Notes: generated by a model from the sequence alone, not told the origin. Shown: positions 9,742 to 19,944, counted from the stretch's first letter. The stretch is 64,000 nucleotides of DNA from a virus (IMGVR_UViG_3300048606_000120:45518-109517), one strand, 5' to 3'. A program made the numbers and translations.

Positions 9742-10518
9742 ATGGCTAGAGAGACCGAGCTGACATGTCCATCAGGGTTGCGCGTTCGGCTACGCAGCAT
9801 CAAGGGCAAGGATTTGGACGGGCTGCGCGACAAGCGAAAAGTGGCGACTGGAGAAGCCATAAGCACGCTGTTGAACGAGTGCACGCTCGAGGTTCTTGAC
9901 GCTGCGATCTACAAGGACCTACCGACTGCGTTCAGCTGGGCAGATACGCTGATCGGTGATCGGATGAAGGCGATCGTGGCGTTGCGCCAGGCCACGTCAG
10001 GGGAGGAGTACGATTTCCGGCTGCGCTGTCGTGATCCAGAGTGCAGGGAAATGATCGACTGGACGATCAACTTGAGCGACTTGCCCGAGAAGCGGCTCAC
10101 GCCCGAGAACGCGGCGGTCTTTCTCTCAGGCAACGTGTTCGAGACGCTGATCAACGACACACTTGTGAAGTTCAAGCTGCGGACCGGGCGCGATCAGGCG
10201 AAGCTCCAGAAGCAGATCTTGCAGATGGACGCCGCTGCTCGGGATCACGACAAGAAGAACCGCCAGTCTGCTGAAAACAGAGCTGTGATCGGCGTGTTCG
10301 CTCGGATCATCTCGGTCGACGGTGTGACGAACGTAATGGACTGGCTAGGTGAGCTGGATTTGTCTGAGATCAATCAGCTCTCGAAGGCGATGGATGCTGC
10401 TGACTGCGGCATCGAAACCACGATCCAAGTCGTCTGCGAAAACGTGAACGGGAACGGGTGCGGGTTGAAGCAGGAGGTGGAGCTCCCTTTGGACAGCACC
10501 TTCTTTCAGCAGAGGTAG
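9742..10518 (+). CDS. tail assembly chaperone / T4 gp26-like baseplate hub assembly protein
   Basis: GDR..ALRQATSGEEY...VKFKLRTGRDQ...ELPLDSTFF; directly upstream of tape measure; AAGGA RBS. Confidence 0.7.
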   Translation: MARETELTCPSGLRVRLRSIKGKDLDGLRDKRKVATGEAISTLLNECTLEVLDAAIYKDLPTAFSWADTLIGDRMKAIVALRQATSGEEYDFRLRCRDPECREMIDWTINLSDLPEKRLTPENAAVFLSGNVFETLINDTLVKFKLRTGRDQAKLQKQILQMDAAARDHDKKNRQSAENRAVIGVFARIISVDGVTNVMDWLGELDLSEINQLSKAMDAADCGIETTIQVVCENVNGNGCGLKQEVELPLDSTFFQQR

Positions 10519-10751
10519 ATGCTGAGCCGTTCGACTACCTGTTGTTTTACGACGAAAAAACTGGCGAAAGTCAGTGGTGGGAGATTCGCTTTGCGCTGAT
10601 GTGGATTCAGCACGGCGGCAGCGGACTTGGCATGTCGTACGATCAAGTGAACGACCTCGATGTGATGGAGATCGCGTGGTTGGTCGAGCGAATGCATGAG
10701 CAGCGGAAGATCGAGGTCGAAGCCATGAAAAGAGCCAACCGGAGCCGGTGA
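10458..10751 (+). CDS. second tail chaperone ORF (-1 frame; possible frameshift extension)
   Basis: LGMSYDQVNDLDVMEIAWLVERM motif typical of the small pre-TMP ORF; no good start or RBS. Confidence 0.55.
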   Translation: MRVEAGGGAPFGQHLLSAEVDAEPFDYLLFYDEKTGESQWWEIRFALMWIQHGGSGLGMSYDQVNDLDVMEIAWLVERMHEQRKIEVEAMKRANRSR

Positions 10752-10790
10752 GCATAGGCTGGTGGGCATGCTCACCGCCGCCGCCGCCGA

Positions 10791-10814
10791 AGTTGTAACC
10801 TCGAGGTTACAACT
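10791..10814. promoter_or_regulatory. conserved palindrome copy 2
   Basis: Perfect 24-bp AGTTGTAACCTCGAGGTTACAACT abutting tape-measure ATG. Confidence 0.85.
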
Positions 10815-13139
10815 ATGGGCCTGAACTCACTCGGGCTCGGGTTCTTGTTCACGGCGACCGACCTTGCGTCGGGCGTGATGTCCAACGTCGGCAAGAACTT
10901 CAAGGAGCTCGAGGAACAGTCCGGCCGGTCGATCGGCAATATCGACGAGATGACTAAGAAACTCGGCGCTGGCTTGATCACCACAGCTGTCGGCGTGGGT
11001 GGGTTGGCAGCGAGCTTCAGCCTGGCTGGTAAAGCTTCCACGTTCGAGGCCGCGCTCGCCGCAGTCGGCGCAGTCAGCAACGCCACGGCTGCTGAGATGA
11101 AGCAGCTGGAGGATGCGGCGATCAAGGCTGGCAAGGAGACCCAGTTCTCGCCCACTGAAGCCGTTCAGGGGCTCAATGAGCTGTCGCAGGCCGGGTACAA
11201 CGTCAAGGAGTCAATCGACCTCCTGCAGCCGTCCTTGCTGCTTGCTGCGGGTTCTCTGGGCGACCTCTCGCCAGCAGAAGCTGCTGGTCTTGCTTCGCAG
11301 GGCCTCAAGGCGTTCGGAATCGACGCCAAGTACGCCGGCCGGATGGTCGATCAGTTGCTGCAGTCGGCCAATGCGTTTGCGGTGAAACCGGCCGACCTCG
11401 CTCTCGGTTTGGGCACCGTGTCGAGCGGCGCGCAGACGTTGAACCAGAGCCTCACCGAGAGCGTCATCGCGTTCGGGTTGGTGAAGAACATCATCCCGGG
11501 CACGGAGCGAGCAGCTACCAGTGTGAAGGTGGCGATGGAGCGGCTCGCTGATCCGAAGGTCCAGAAGGCGATGAAGGCACACCACGTCTCGGTGCTCGAT
11601 GCCAACGGCGGTTATCGCCAGTTCCTCGACATCATCAAAGACCTGATGCCTCAACTCGACAAGATGAGTGAGGGTGACAAGGGAGCTTTTCTCATCAAGA
11701 CGTTCGGGACCGAAGGCTTGTCTGGCGTCAACGCGATGTTGTCTCAGTTCGGGGCTGGCATAAAAGGCGCTGATGGTCAGATTCGAAAAGGTGGCGATGC
11801 GATCGACTACCTGCGCAAACAGTTCTCAGGAGCCAATGGAGTTGCCGAGGACTTTTCGAAGAAGACTCTCAACACGTTCGAGGGCTCGAAGAAGCTGCTG
11901 ATGGGTTCGATGGAGACTCTCGCGATCATGATCGGCAAGCCGTTCATGAAGGCGTGGAAACCAGTAGTCGACTCGTTCACGGCGTCGGTGAACGAGATCA
12001 TCGTGATCCTCGACAAAATGAGTCCCTCGACGAAGAACTACTTCGCGAAGGTCATCGTCGGAGGCTTGGCAGTGGTAGCGCTCGCTGGCGCGATTCTGCT
12101 GGTGGATGCAGCTATCCCGATGGTCATGGGAGGCATCGCGTCTCTCACGACAGCGGTGATCGGCTTGGGAACCTCCGCCGGCATTGCGCTTATCGAGCTG
12201 TGGCCGCTGACTCTCATCGCTCTTCTGCTCGGCGGAGTTCTCTACGGCTTGAGCAAACAGACTGGAGGACTACAAGCTGCTTGGGACGCTTTGTGCAATG
12301 GGTTCGAAGCCATGGACGTCTGGAACGAGCTGAAGATCTCGGCCGACAACTTGAGGGCAGCGTTCGCGTTTCTCTCAAAACAGTTCGGCGGCACTGGGAA
12401 AGATGCCAACCTGACCAAGATCATGTTCGGCTTGCTCGGTGGAGTTATTGGCGGGCTCGTGCGCTTTGCATCTTGGCTTGTTGTTATTTTTGTAGATGTG
12501 GTTGCCTCAATTGTGGCCGTCGGAGGCTGGGTGGTCTGGCTGGCGAAGAAGTTCAGTTTCTTGATCGACGCGGTCAAGGACGCTTGGAACTGGATGAAGA
12601 AGCTCGTCGGGCTTGGTCCTGTCGCCACAGCGACTCTCAAGGACATGAGTCCGAAGTTCAAGCTGTCCGATCAGGGCAAAGCTCAGCCGGATCCCGTCGA
12701 CTACAAAGCGCGCGGTCACAACCTAGTGAGCGATGTACCTCAAGTGCTCGACCCATACATGCCGGTGCCGTTAGCCAACATCGCGACGCAGCGAGACCTG
12801 CTCTCGCTTGCTCAAGATCAGAACCTTCGAGAGCAGCAAAAGCGCTTTGCGCTCGCTCAACGCAACCAACAAACCCATCCAGGGTTCGAGCCGGACTACT
12901 CGCAATACATGCCCTCGGCTGCAAGCGCGGCTGGCTTGGCAGAAGCCTCGAGCCTGCATCGTGGCGAGGGTCCGATCGACTACGACAAGATGGCCGAGTC
13001 GCTCACGAAGCTGGTGCCATTCCAGTTCAACGTGTCGATCGGGCAGGACAAGTTGATCACCATCATTCAGAAGGCGCAGGCGTCGCAGTCTGCTCGCATG
13101 AGCAACACGAACACGTACATCAGCTCCCACGAAGGTTGA
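10815..13139 (+). CDS. tape measure protein (TP901-family core)
   Basis: ATAAEMKQLEDAA..TQFSPTEAVQGLNELSQAG; hydrophobic C-terminal half. Confidence 0.92.
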   Translation: MGLNSLGLGFLFTATDLASGVMSNVGKNFKELEEQSGRSIGNIDEMTKKLGAGLITTAVGVGGLAASFSLAGKASTFEAALAAVGAVSNATAAEMKQLEDAAIKAGKETQFSPTEAVQGLNELSQAGYNVKESIDLLQPSLLLAAGSLGDLSPAEAAGLASQGLKAFGIDAKYAGRMVDQLLQSANAFAVKPADLALGLGTVSSGAQTLNQSLTESVIAFGLVKNIIPGTERAATSVKVAMERLADPKVQKAMKAHHVSVLDANGGYRQFLDIIKDLMPQLDKMSEGDKGAFLIKTFGTEGLSGVNAMLSQFGAGIKGADGQIRKGGDAIDYLRKQFSGANGVAEDFSKKTLNTFEGSKKLLMGSMETLAIMIGKPFMKAWKPVVDSFTASVNEIIVILDKMSPSTKNYFAKVIVGGLAVVALAGAILLVDAAIPMVMGGIASLTTAVIGLGTSAGIALIELWPLTLIALLLGGVLYGLSKQTGGLQAAWDALCNGFEAMDVWNELKISADNLRAAFAFLSKQFGGTGKDANLTKIMFGLLGGVIGGLVRFASWLVVIFVDVVASIVAVGGWVVWLAKKFSFLIDAVKDAWNWMKKLVGLGPVATATLKDMSPKFKLSDQGKAQPDPVDYKARGHNLVSDVPQVLDPYMPVPLANIATQRDLLSLAQDQNLREQQKRFALAQRNQQTHPGFEPDYSQYMPSAASAAGLAEASSLHRGEGPIDYDKMAESLTKLVPFQFNVSIGQDKLITIIQKAQASQSARMSNTNTYISSHEG

Positions 13140-13143
13140 GCCA

Positions 13144-13671
13144 ATGGCAATCGACTCGATGGAAGCCTACGTACGAGTTCCCGAGCGGTTCTCGGTCCTG
13201 AACTTGTCAACAGACGAAGAGGTGATCGCTCAGCTGAACCCGACTGAGTTCGAGGAGTCGATCAGTGCCAACTGGAACAGGCTCGGCACCCCGGGCGCGT
13301 CGCGGCAGCACATGCATTTCTCGAACACCGACAACGGCACGGTCTCGCTGGAGCTCTACTTTCGAGCCGCGAATGAGATTGAGTACGACAACATCAATAA
13401 GGCCAAATACCAGATCAAAAGCTGGTGCTACCCGCAAGCCGCAACTTCGACAGCTCCGGGTAAGGGCCCGCCTGTGTTGCTCGCTACGTGGCCGATGGTA
13501 TTCTCGATCGACTGTGTCCTGCTCAGCTGCACGTTCAAGAACAAGCGGTTTGCGCCGGATGGGCGCTGCACGATGTTCACTGCACAGGTGAAGTTCGAGG
13601 AATGCAGCGATGGTAGGCTGACCTCTGAAGACATCGTGCAGGCATCTGTCGTGCGAGGGTTGACCTCTTGA
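13144..13671 (+). CDS. tube-initiator (CIS tube-like) baseplate protein
   Basis: QLNPTEF..VSLELYF..PPVLLATW..FAPDG..AQVKFEE. Confidence 0.75.
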   Translation: MAIDSMEAYVRVPERFSVLNLSTDEEVIAQLNPTEFEESISANWNRLGTPGASRQHMHFSNTDNGTVSLELYFRAANEIEYDNINKAKYQIKSWCYPQAATSTAPGKGPPVLLATWPMVFSIDCVLLSCTFKNKRFAPDGRCTMFTAQVKFEECSDGRLTSEDIVQASVVRGLTS

Positions 13672-14003
13672 CTGTCTTCGAGAAGAGCCGCTTCACGTTC
13701 TGCAACGCCTGGTTCGACGATGCGGGCCGTGTCTTCCTCGACGATCGTGTTCCGTACGGCTATCGAGCGTTCAGCGACAACACGATTCACATCGTGACCG
13801 AAGGCGAAACCATTTGGTCCATCGCTGGCCAGCACTTTCAGCCGACACCTCGAGCGGCCGGCCTCTGGTGGGCGATCGCTGACTTTCAGCCGAACCCGAT
13901 TCATGACCCGACGATCGCTCTGGTGCCTGGCTCTATGCTCGTGCTGCCGAGCCTAAGGACCGTCCTCGAGGAGGTCCTGGGCGAAGCCAGGCGGACTGGA
14001 TGA
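13668..14003 (+). CDS. LysM / gpX-like baseplate protein
   Basis: HIVTEGETIWSIAGQHF..WWAIADF..LVPGSMLVLP. Confidence 0.85.
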   Translation: MTVFEKSRFTFCNAWFDDAGRVFLDDRVPYGYRAFSDNTIHIVTEGETIWSIAGQHFQPTPRAAGLWWAIADFQPNPIHDPTIALVPGSMLVLPSLRTVLEEVLGEARRTG

Positions 14004-15301
14004 GCCGGAATGTTCCCATCATCCAAGTCTCGGTTCAGCCCGAGGGCTCGCCGAAGGTGCGAGTCGACGTGAGCGATCGCGTCATCTCGATGCAGTACCA
14101 GGACTGCGAGCACCAAGCCGACAAACTTGAGCTGACGATCGACAATGAAGATCTGTCCGGCTTCGACGATCCGATTTGGCGCAAGGGCAACATGATCATC
14201 ATCAGCTGGGGTTATCCCGAAGCGATGGCGATTCCGCGCACCTGCCAGATCCGAAAAGTGATGGGCTTCAAGAAGCTGACGATCGAAGCTCTCGGCAAAG
14301 AGGTGCTGCTGAACGTCGAGACCAAGAACCGCGTGTTCGAGAACACGCGGCGCTCTGAGGTGGTGCGGTTCATCGCAGAGGAGTGGGGATTTCGTGAGGA
14401 GGAACTGCTCCACATCCAAGACACAGAGATCGTCCGAGACCACATCGCGCAAGCGCGCATGACCGATGCTCAGTTCCTGCGCCGGCTGGCGAAGAAGGAA
14501 GGCTTCGAGTGGTACATCGACCACGACGGCTTTCACTTCCACGAGCGCGACTTTCTTCAGCGCTCGATTCGCACTCTCGTCTATTACTCGGAGCCAGAAG
14601 GCTCAGAAATCTCGGACATCACGATCGAGAATGACATCACGCGGCGAGCTGGATCGGTGAAGCTCAAGACGCACGTCCCGACTGTGCGCAGGACGATCGA
14701 CCTTGACGCAAACAACCTCAATCAAGGCGATCGACCGGTCCTTGGGACGGTGGTCGAGGCTCCTGGTAAAACGGAAGCGTCGACGCCTGGATTCGGAGGG
14801 ATCGCTCACCACGTGATCGGGTCGACCACGGAGCCGAATGAAGCTGCCGTGAAGCGCCGGGCCGCAGCAGACTTGCGGCTCGCTCAACAGCGCGCTGTGA
14901 AGTGCAACATCACCTTGGCCGGGGATCCCAACATCAATGCCAAGACGGTGATCAACCTGCTTGGCGTCGGCAAGCGTTTGTCGCAGCTCTACTACGTTCG
15001 CGGCACGTCGCACACGATCGATGGGATCTACACGATGAGCCTCGAGTGCATCTCGGACGGCTCGGGCGGGCATTCGACCAAGAGCACGCTTGCGAAGGAA
15101 GCATCTGCCGTGCAGGTTGGGCCAAAGTTGAAGGGAAAGAAGAACCACGCCCCGACCCCTAATCGCTCGATCGACCTAGATGGGAAGCCGCCTGCTGAAG
15201 TTCCAAAGGTGCCGGTCGCGACAAACGCCGCTGATCTGCAAGCCCAAGTTGCGCAGGCGAAGGCAACTCTCGAGGCTCTACAATCGGCGCCTGAGGAGTG
15301 A
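14000..15301 (+). CDS. baseplate hub (late control D-like)
   Basis: ADKLELTIDN, TDAQFLRRLAKKEGF, GDPNINA motifs. Confidence 0.85.
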   Translation: MSRNVPIIQVSVQPEGSPKVRVDVSDRVISMQYQDCEHQADKLELTIDNEDLSGFDDPIWRKGNMIIISWGYPEAMAIPRTCQIRKVMGFKKLTIEALGKEVLLNVETKNRVFENTRRSEVVRFIAEEWGFREEELLHIQDTEIVRDHIAQARMTDAQFLRRLAKKEGFEWYIDHDGFHFHERDFLQRSIRTLVYYSEPEGSEISDITIENDITRRAGSVKLKTHVPTVRRTIDLDANNLNQGDRPVLGTVVEAPGKTEASTPGFGGIAHHVIGSTTEPNEAAVKRRAAADLRLAQQRAVKCNITLAGDPNINAKTVINLLGVGKRLSQLYYVRGTSHTIDGIYTMSLECISDGSGGHSTKSTLAKEASAVQVGPKLKGKKNHAPTPNRSIDLDGKPPAEVPKVPVATNAADLQAQVAQAKATLEALQSAPEE

Positions 15302-15315
15302 TAAGAGGCCTTTCC

Positions 15316-15762
15316 ATGTCCCAAAGGCTGATAGCGATGGTGCGGAAGTTCGCAGATGCTTACAACAACGCAGACGGCGATGCTGTGGACGCTGCGTTCA
15401 ACGAGATGACAGAAGCCCTCTGGGAGTGTCCTGGTTGGGCCGAGGCCAAAGCAGAGACGGCAGAGTTGCCCACCGGCAAGGAGCAGCGGATCGTGTTCGC
15501 CGTTGCGCTCGACAGCAGCGACAGCGTGCCGCTAGTGCTCCTGGGAATGCCTGCTGGCGCGTGGACGTACATCAAGGATGGGATGACGTCGACCTTCGAT
15601 CTCACGAAAGCAGGGATCCCCGTCAAGCTGATGATCTTCGGCAGCGCGACCCACGATTCGGTCATGGAGCTCATGAATCGGATGATGGCTGAATCTTTCT
15701 CGAAGGACATTCCGATCGTCGATCGCCGTGGAGAGGACTTCTCCATCAAGCCGCGCGAATGA
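15316..15762 (+). CDS. hypothetical protein inserted in baseplate operon
   Basis: AAGAGG RBS; no structural motifs. Confidence 0.6.
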   Translation: MSQRLIAMVRKFADAYNNADGDAVDAAFNEMTEALWECPGWAEAKAETAELPTGKEQRIVFAVALDSSDSVPLVLLGMPAGAWTYIKDGMTSTFDLTKAGIPVKLMIFGSATHDSVMELMNRMMAESFSKDIPIVDRRGEDFSIKPRE

Positions 15763-16328
15763 GAGAAGAAGACAACCACATCTCGATCTACGACGGTGTT
15801 GTGTACGACAACGTCGATCCGCTGCGCATCGGCCGAGTGCGCGTGACCGTGCCTGGCATGATCGAGCCGTACAGTTCGTGGGCCTTGCCTAGTGGCAACT
15901 GCGGCTCGGGCTCGAGCGAAAGGGGCTTCTGGTGCGTGCCTGCCATCGGGTCCAACGTCAGCGTGATGTTCAACGAAGGGGACCCCGATCATCCGCGGTA
16001 CTTTCCTGGGCCCTGGGCGGCTCCGGATGACCAGCCCGAAAGCCCGACGTTCGCCGGCAGCTTGTCGCCGAAGGACGCCACGCAGGTCTCGGGGCTGCAA
16101 ACGAAGCGCTGGGAGGTCGTCTGCGACGATCGACCGGGCCAGGAGAAGCTCACGATCCGCGATCGCCAGATGGACCAGAACATGATCGAGATCGACGGCG
16201 TCGCTCAAGCAGTGACCATCAGCGGCACGGTGGCGATTCAGATCAAGAGCACTGGCGTCATCAACATCGAGGCCTTGCAGGTCATCATCAACGGTCGTGC
16301 CGTGCTGCCTTCGGGTAGTCCGATATGA
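15759..16328 (+). CDS. baseplate spike (gpV/gp5 OB-fold)
   Basis: GVVYDNVDPLRIGRVRVTVP..WA..VPAIGSNVSVMFNEGDP. Confidence 0.9.
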   Translation: MREEDNHISIYDGVVYDNVDPLRIGRVRVTVPGMIEPYSSWALPSGNCGSGSSERGFWCVPAIGSNVSVMFNEGDPDHPRYFPGPWAAPDDQPESPTFAGSLSPKDATQVSGLQTKRWEVVCDDRPGQEKLTIRDRQMDQNMIEIDGVAQAVTISGTVAIQIKSTGVINIEALQVIINGRAVLPSGSPI

Positions 16329-17035
16329 CGATCGACCTTCAAGCGCTATGCGTTCCGATCGCAGAGGCACCACGTGACCTCTGCATCACGCTGCCTGGCG
16401 GCTTGGAAGTTTGCGCGCAGAGCGGCGATCTCCCGCCGTCGCTGTTCGGCTATGCAAAGCTCGCGCTCGGTGCTGCCAACAGCGCGATGGCGCCGCTCGG
16501 TCCGATCTTCACGATCATCGAGACGATCACAGCTATCCAGAAGTGCCTGACGGCGATCCCAGGGATCCTCGGGCCGCCGCCAAACCCGAAGAAGCTTCTC
16601 GATGCGCTGGTAGAGCTCGCCGAGAAGATCGAGAAGCTGCTGAAGCTGCTGCCGCAGTTGAGTGTGCCGTTGATGGTGGTGCAGCTTATCGACGTGATTA
16701 TCGCAACCATCGAAGGCGCAGCGTCTGAGCTCTCTGCGATCGCTAGGCAAGTCGAGCGCCTCTCGGCAGCGCAGAGCTTGGTCTCTCAAGCGCCTGGGCT
16801 GAGCGTCATGATCCTGTGTGCGCAGACGTCCATCGACACCCAACTTTCGAACATCGAGAGAGCGTTTGCGTCGATCAACCCGATCATCGAGGTGATCAAC
16901 TTGCTCGGCTCGCTTGCTGGGTTGAAGCCGCTTCCGCCGTTCGAGGGCTTACCCGGAGACCCGATCGACGCTGTCACGGTTCTCCACTCCGCAGCCGACT
17001 CGCTGCGAGTGGTTCGATCAGCAATTCCCGTATGA
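16325..17035 (+). CDS. hypothetical helical virion-associated protein
   Basis: 236-aa ORF coupled to spike gene. Confidence 0.65.
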   Translation: MTIDLQALCVPIAEAPRDLCITLPGGLEVCAQSGDLPPSLFGYAKLALGAANSAMAPLGPIFTIIETITAIQKCLTAIPGILGPPPNPKKLLDALVELAEKIEKLLKLLPQLSVPLMVVQLIDVIIATIEGAASELSAIARQVERLSAAQSLVSQAPGLSVMILCAQTSIDTQLSNIERAFASINPIIEVINLLGSLAGLKPLPPFEGLPGDPIDAVTVLHSAADSLRVVRSAIPV

Positions 17036-17059
17036 AGCAGCGACGTGTTTCGTATTTGG

Positions 17060-17209
17060 TCATCTGTACACCCCGCGCTCTTGGTCATCGCAGAACTTGG
17101 CGGCGCTCAGCCGGTGTTCGTTTCGCACAAGACACAATTCGTACTCCGGAGAGTGCGTGCCGGAATAGCCGCCGCACCCGGCCAACAGCACCAAAACTAA
17201 ATACTTCAT
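17060..17209 (-). CDS. small lipoprotein (49 aa, not in ORF track)
   Basis: MKYLVLVLLAG-C lipobox; AGGGAG RBS. Confidence 0.75.
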   Translation of the reverse strand: MKYLVLVLLAGCGGYSGTHSPEYELCLVRNEHRLSAAKFCDDQERGVYR

Positions 17210-17285
17210 CGCCAATTCTCCCTAGCCGTCAAGCGGTGCGTGCGCAAGTAGAGAAGGACCTTCCGGATCGTCGATTCTCGTCTGC

Positions 17286-19883
17286 ATGGCGCTGATGAAG
17301 ATCGATCAGGCGGGCTTGTCAGCAGGCGTCGCTGGAAGGGCTCGGAACGACGGCCTGAGCGATGGGTCACTTGTGACCCTGACCGACATGACGCCGGGCG
17401 GCAGTACGCTGTTCGAGCTGTTGTGGGCCCATCCTGAAGACACAACTTCGGTGCTTTCGTTGGCGCCGACAGTTGATCCGCATGTCTGGACGTTCTCACC
17501 CACAGAAGCCGTGGGAGTTGGCTACGGCTTTCGGATTCGCCTGACGCACACGACAAACATCGGAGTCGTCACAACGCAGACGAGGATTTTCGGCATCCCG
17601 GATGGGCTCGGAGTCGTGAAGCCGATCCCTGGCGAGCGCTCAGACCCAAACGCGACGATCGCGAATGCGACTGATTCGGCGGTCATCGCGAGGTGCGAGC
17701 GCAACTGGCCAACCACTGGCTATCCGCTCGGCAACCCATTCGGATGGGGGCCTGAGCTGATCGAGCTGATCGAGTCGGCGACGGGTGGTCTGACGGCTCC
17801 TCAGCGCAACGCGATTCAAGCCGGCGACGTGCCGACGGACCTGAACCCGTTCATCACGATTAGTCATCTTGCAAAGCTCGGGACTAGCGTCATCTCGCTC
17901 ACTGATCAGCGATTTGGTTGGCCTGGGCACGCCACCAACATTGGCCCGTACCTGCAGGCTGCGATTGCTTACGCGATTGCACATCGCATCGGAACGATCG
18001 AGCTGCCCGCAGGGTTGCTCATCTGCGATCGCCAGATAGTGGTGCCGCCTGCACCAGGGCCCGACGGCTTCAACCACGCAATCATGATCCGCGGCCAGGG
18101 ACGCGAGCAGACTTACATCTATTTCTACAATCACACCGGTGGCTTTCGGCTCGAAGGCACAATCGACAGCAGTGGGATGTACTACTTCGGCGGCGGCTTG
18201 CGCGATCTCGCGCTCGTCGGGGTCTATGACGACGGCAGTCCGGCGGGCACACACAACGGCGTCGAGATGTTCGAGTGCATTTTCACGATGCTCGACAACG
18301 TGCACATCCGCGGCTTCAATGGATACGGCCTTTTCCTCGACAACATCTGGCCCAACGGCCAGCAAGATCTGCACTTCAGCAACTGCCACATTCAGCTAAA
18401 CCGAGCCGGTGGCATTTGGTGTAACTCGGTCCAACAGGCCGTGTTCAGCAACATGCAGATCAACCAGAACCTCGGCGATGGCGTGACATTCACATCTGGC
18501 AACAACGGCATCGCTTGGGTTGGCGGCTTATTCCAGAACGAGGGTCGCGCCATGCGCTTTACGCGGCGTGACGAGCCAGGCGATGAGCAAGACGGCGAGC
18601 TAGCCATCAACATGTCGATGTACGGCTCGGTATACGTCGAACAGATTGATTTGGATGTACCGCTCTTCGATTTTGAAGAGCCAGCTGGCTCGAGTGAGTT
18701 CAATATGTTCGGGTCGCTGGTGGTTCAAGGCGGCTCACTAACCACCCCAGTCTTTCGATTCGAAGGTAACTACGCTGTGGTGGTGGCTGGAAAGATCCAC
18801 GCAGCTGGCTGGAGCAAACATATTCAGGCCGTCAACCTCGCCGAGTTCACGGGCATAGGCCTGCAGAGCGGCAGCGACTACTACGACTTCGACACCATCT
18901 CGCAAGCCAACGCCACGTTCATCGGCCGCGGAGGTCTATGTGTGGGCGCTGCCGCGCCCGCGGGCGATCGCGTTGCGCTTTACAAGCCGTTGCAGCTCAT
19001 GGAGCTGACGACTGGCCACGAGCCGGCTCTCAAAGGCGTGATCTACGACACTGCTCTCAACAAGTTGCGCTTCAGTCCTGACGGCACGCTGTGGTACACA
19101 CTGTCAGTCGATCCGTTCAACCTCGCGATCGATCTCGCTCCGTATCTCGCCGAGTTCTGGGACGCTACGAGCGCGGCTGACTCAGGGGGCGCTCTCAGTG
19201 CATGGGTTGGCAGCTTCCATGCGACTCCATTCACATGGTCGGGCACGCCACCTACAGTCACGACATCTGCAGAGCTCAACGGCCAGAAGGTGGTCAAGTT
19301 CTCCAAGGCCAGCAGCATGTGGGTCGACACTGGCACGCTGACCGGCGGGGGCATTCTACCAGGTACATCCAACGACACTCCGTATGCTGTGACCGTCCTG
19401 TGCCGTACGCCGCTCGGAGCTACCTCTGACCTCGATGTCATCAGCCAGCTGAGCGACGCGAACAACGATCAATTGGAACTGAAGGTGTGGGGCAACGGCG
19501 CAGCCGCCGATACGTTCCAAACTCGCGTCCAAGATCACATCGGAGGGGGAGGCGACTCTGGCAACCTCGCGATCGGGAACGTCGCCCCTGCTGGTCACAT
19601 GGTCGAGTACATGCTGTCCGACTACCCGACTCCAGGCACTGTCAAGAACGTCATCACGATCGACCAAGGCGCCCCGCCGGCAATGAATAACTTCCCGTCC
19701 ACCAAGATCGGCCCCATCACTCGCGTGCTTTTGGGCAACAACCTCTTGGGGGACGCCACTCATCCGGCCGACGTCGAAGTCGGGCTCCATCTTGTGTGTC
19801 ATACTCGCCCGCCCGCGAGCATCCGGGCGCGGTTCTATCAGTACATCCAGCAGCGTTTCGGGATCGATATAGCTGGCGTCTGA
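17286..19883 (+). CDS. tailspike / receptor-binding protein with right-handed beta-helix and C-terminal LamG-like domain
   Basis: LQAAIA..GTIELPAG..IRGQG pectin-lyase-like start; Asn/Gly coil repeats; C-terminal W..S..LNG..V.F motif. Confidence 0.75.
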   Translation: MALMKIDQAGLSAGVAGRARNDGLSDGSLVTLTDMTPGGSTLFELLWAHPEDTTSVLSLAPTVDPHVWTFSPTEAVGVGYGFRIRLTHTTNIGVVTTQTRIFGIPDGLGVVKPIPGERSDPNATIANATDSAVIARCERNWPTTGYPLGNPFGWGPELIELIESATGGLTAPQRNAIQAGDVPTDLNPFITISHLAKLGTSVISLTDQRFGWPGHATNIGPYLQAAIAYAIAHRIGTIELPAGLLICDRQIVVPPAPGPDGFNHAIMIRGQGREQTYIYFYNHTGGFRLEGTIDSSGMYYFGGGLRDLALVGVYDDGSPAGTHNGVEMFECIFTMLDNVHIRGFNGYGLFLDNIWPNGQQDLHFSNCHIQLNRAGGIWCNSVQQAVFSNMQINQNLGDGVTFTSGNNGIAWVGGLFQNEGRAMRFTRRDEPGDEQDGELAINMSMYGSVYVEQIDLDVPLFDFEEPAGSSEFNMFGSLVVQGGSLTTPVFRFEGNYAVVVAGKIHAAGWSKHIQAVNLAEFTGIGLQSGSDYYDFDTISQANATFIGRGGLCVGAAAPAGDRVALYKPLQLMELTTGHEPALKGVIYDTALNKLRFSPDGTLWYTLSVDPFNLAIDLAPYLAEFWDATSAADSGGALSAWVGSFHATPFTWSGTPPTVTTSAELNGQKVVKFSKASSMWVDTGTLTGGGILPGTSNDTPYAVTVLCRTPLGATSDLDVISQLSDANNDQLELKVWGNGAAADTFQTRVQDHIGGGGDSGNLAIGNVAPAGHMVEYMLSDYPTPGTVKNVITIDQGAPPAMNNFPSTKIGPITRVLLGNNLLGDATHPADVEVGLHLVCHTRPPASIRARFYQYIQQRFGIDIAGV

Positions 19884-19944
19884 GGTCTCGCTGGAAAGCA
19901 TCCACGTCAGCGCAAGCACGCTGCAGCGCATTGCGCGCTGGCTG

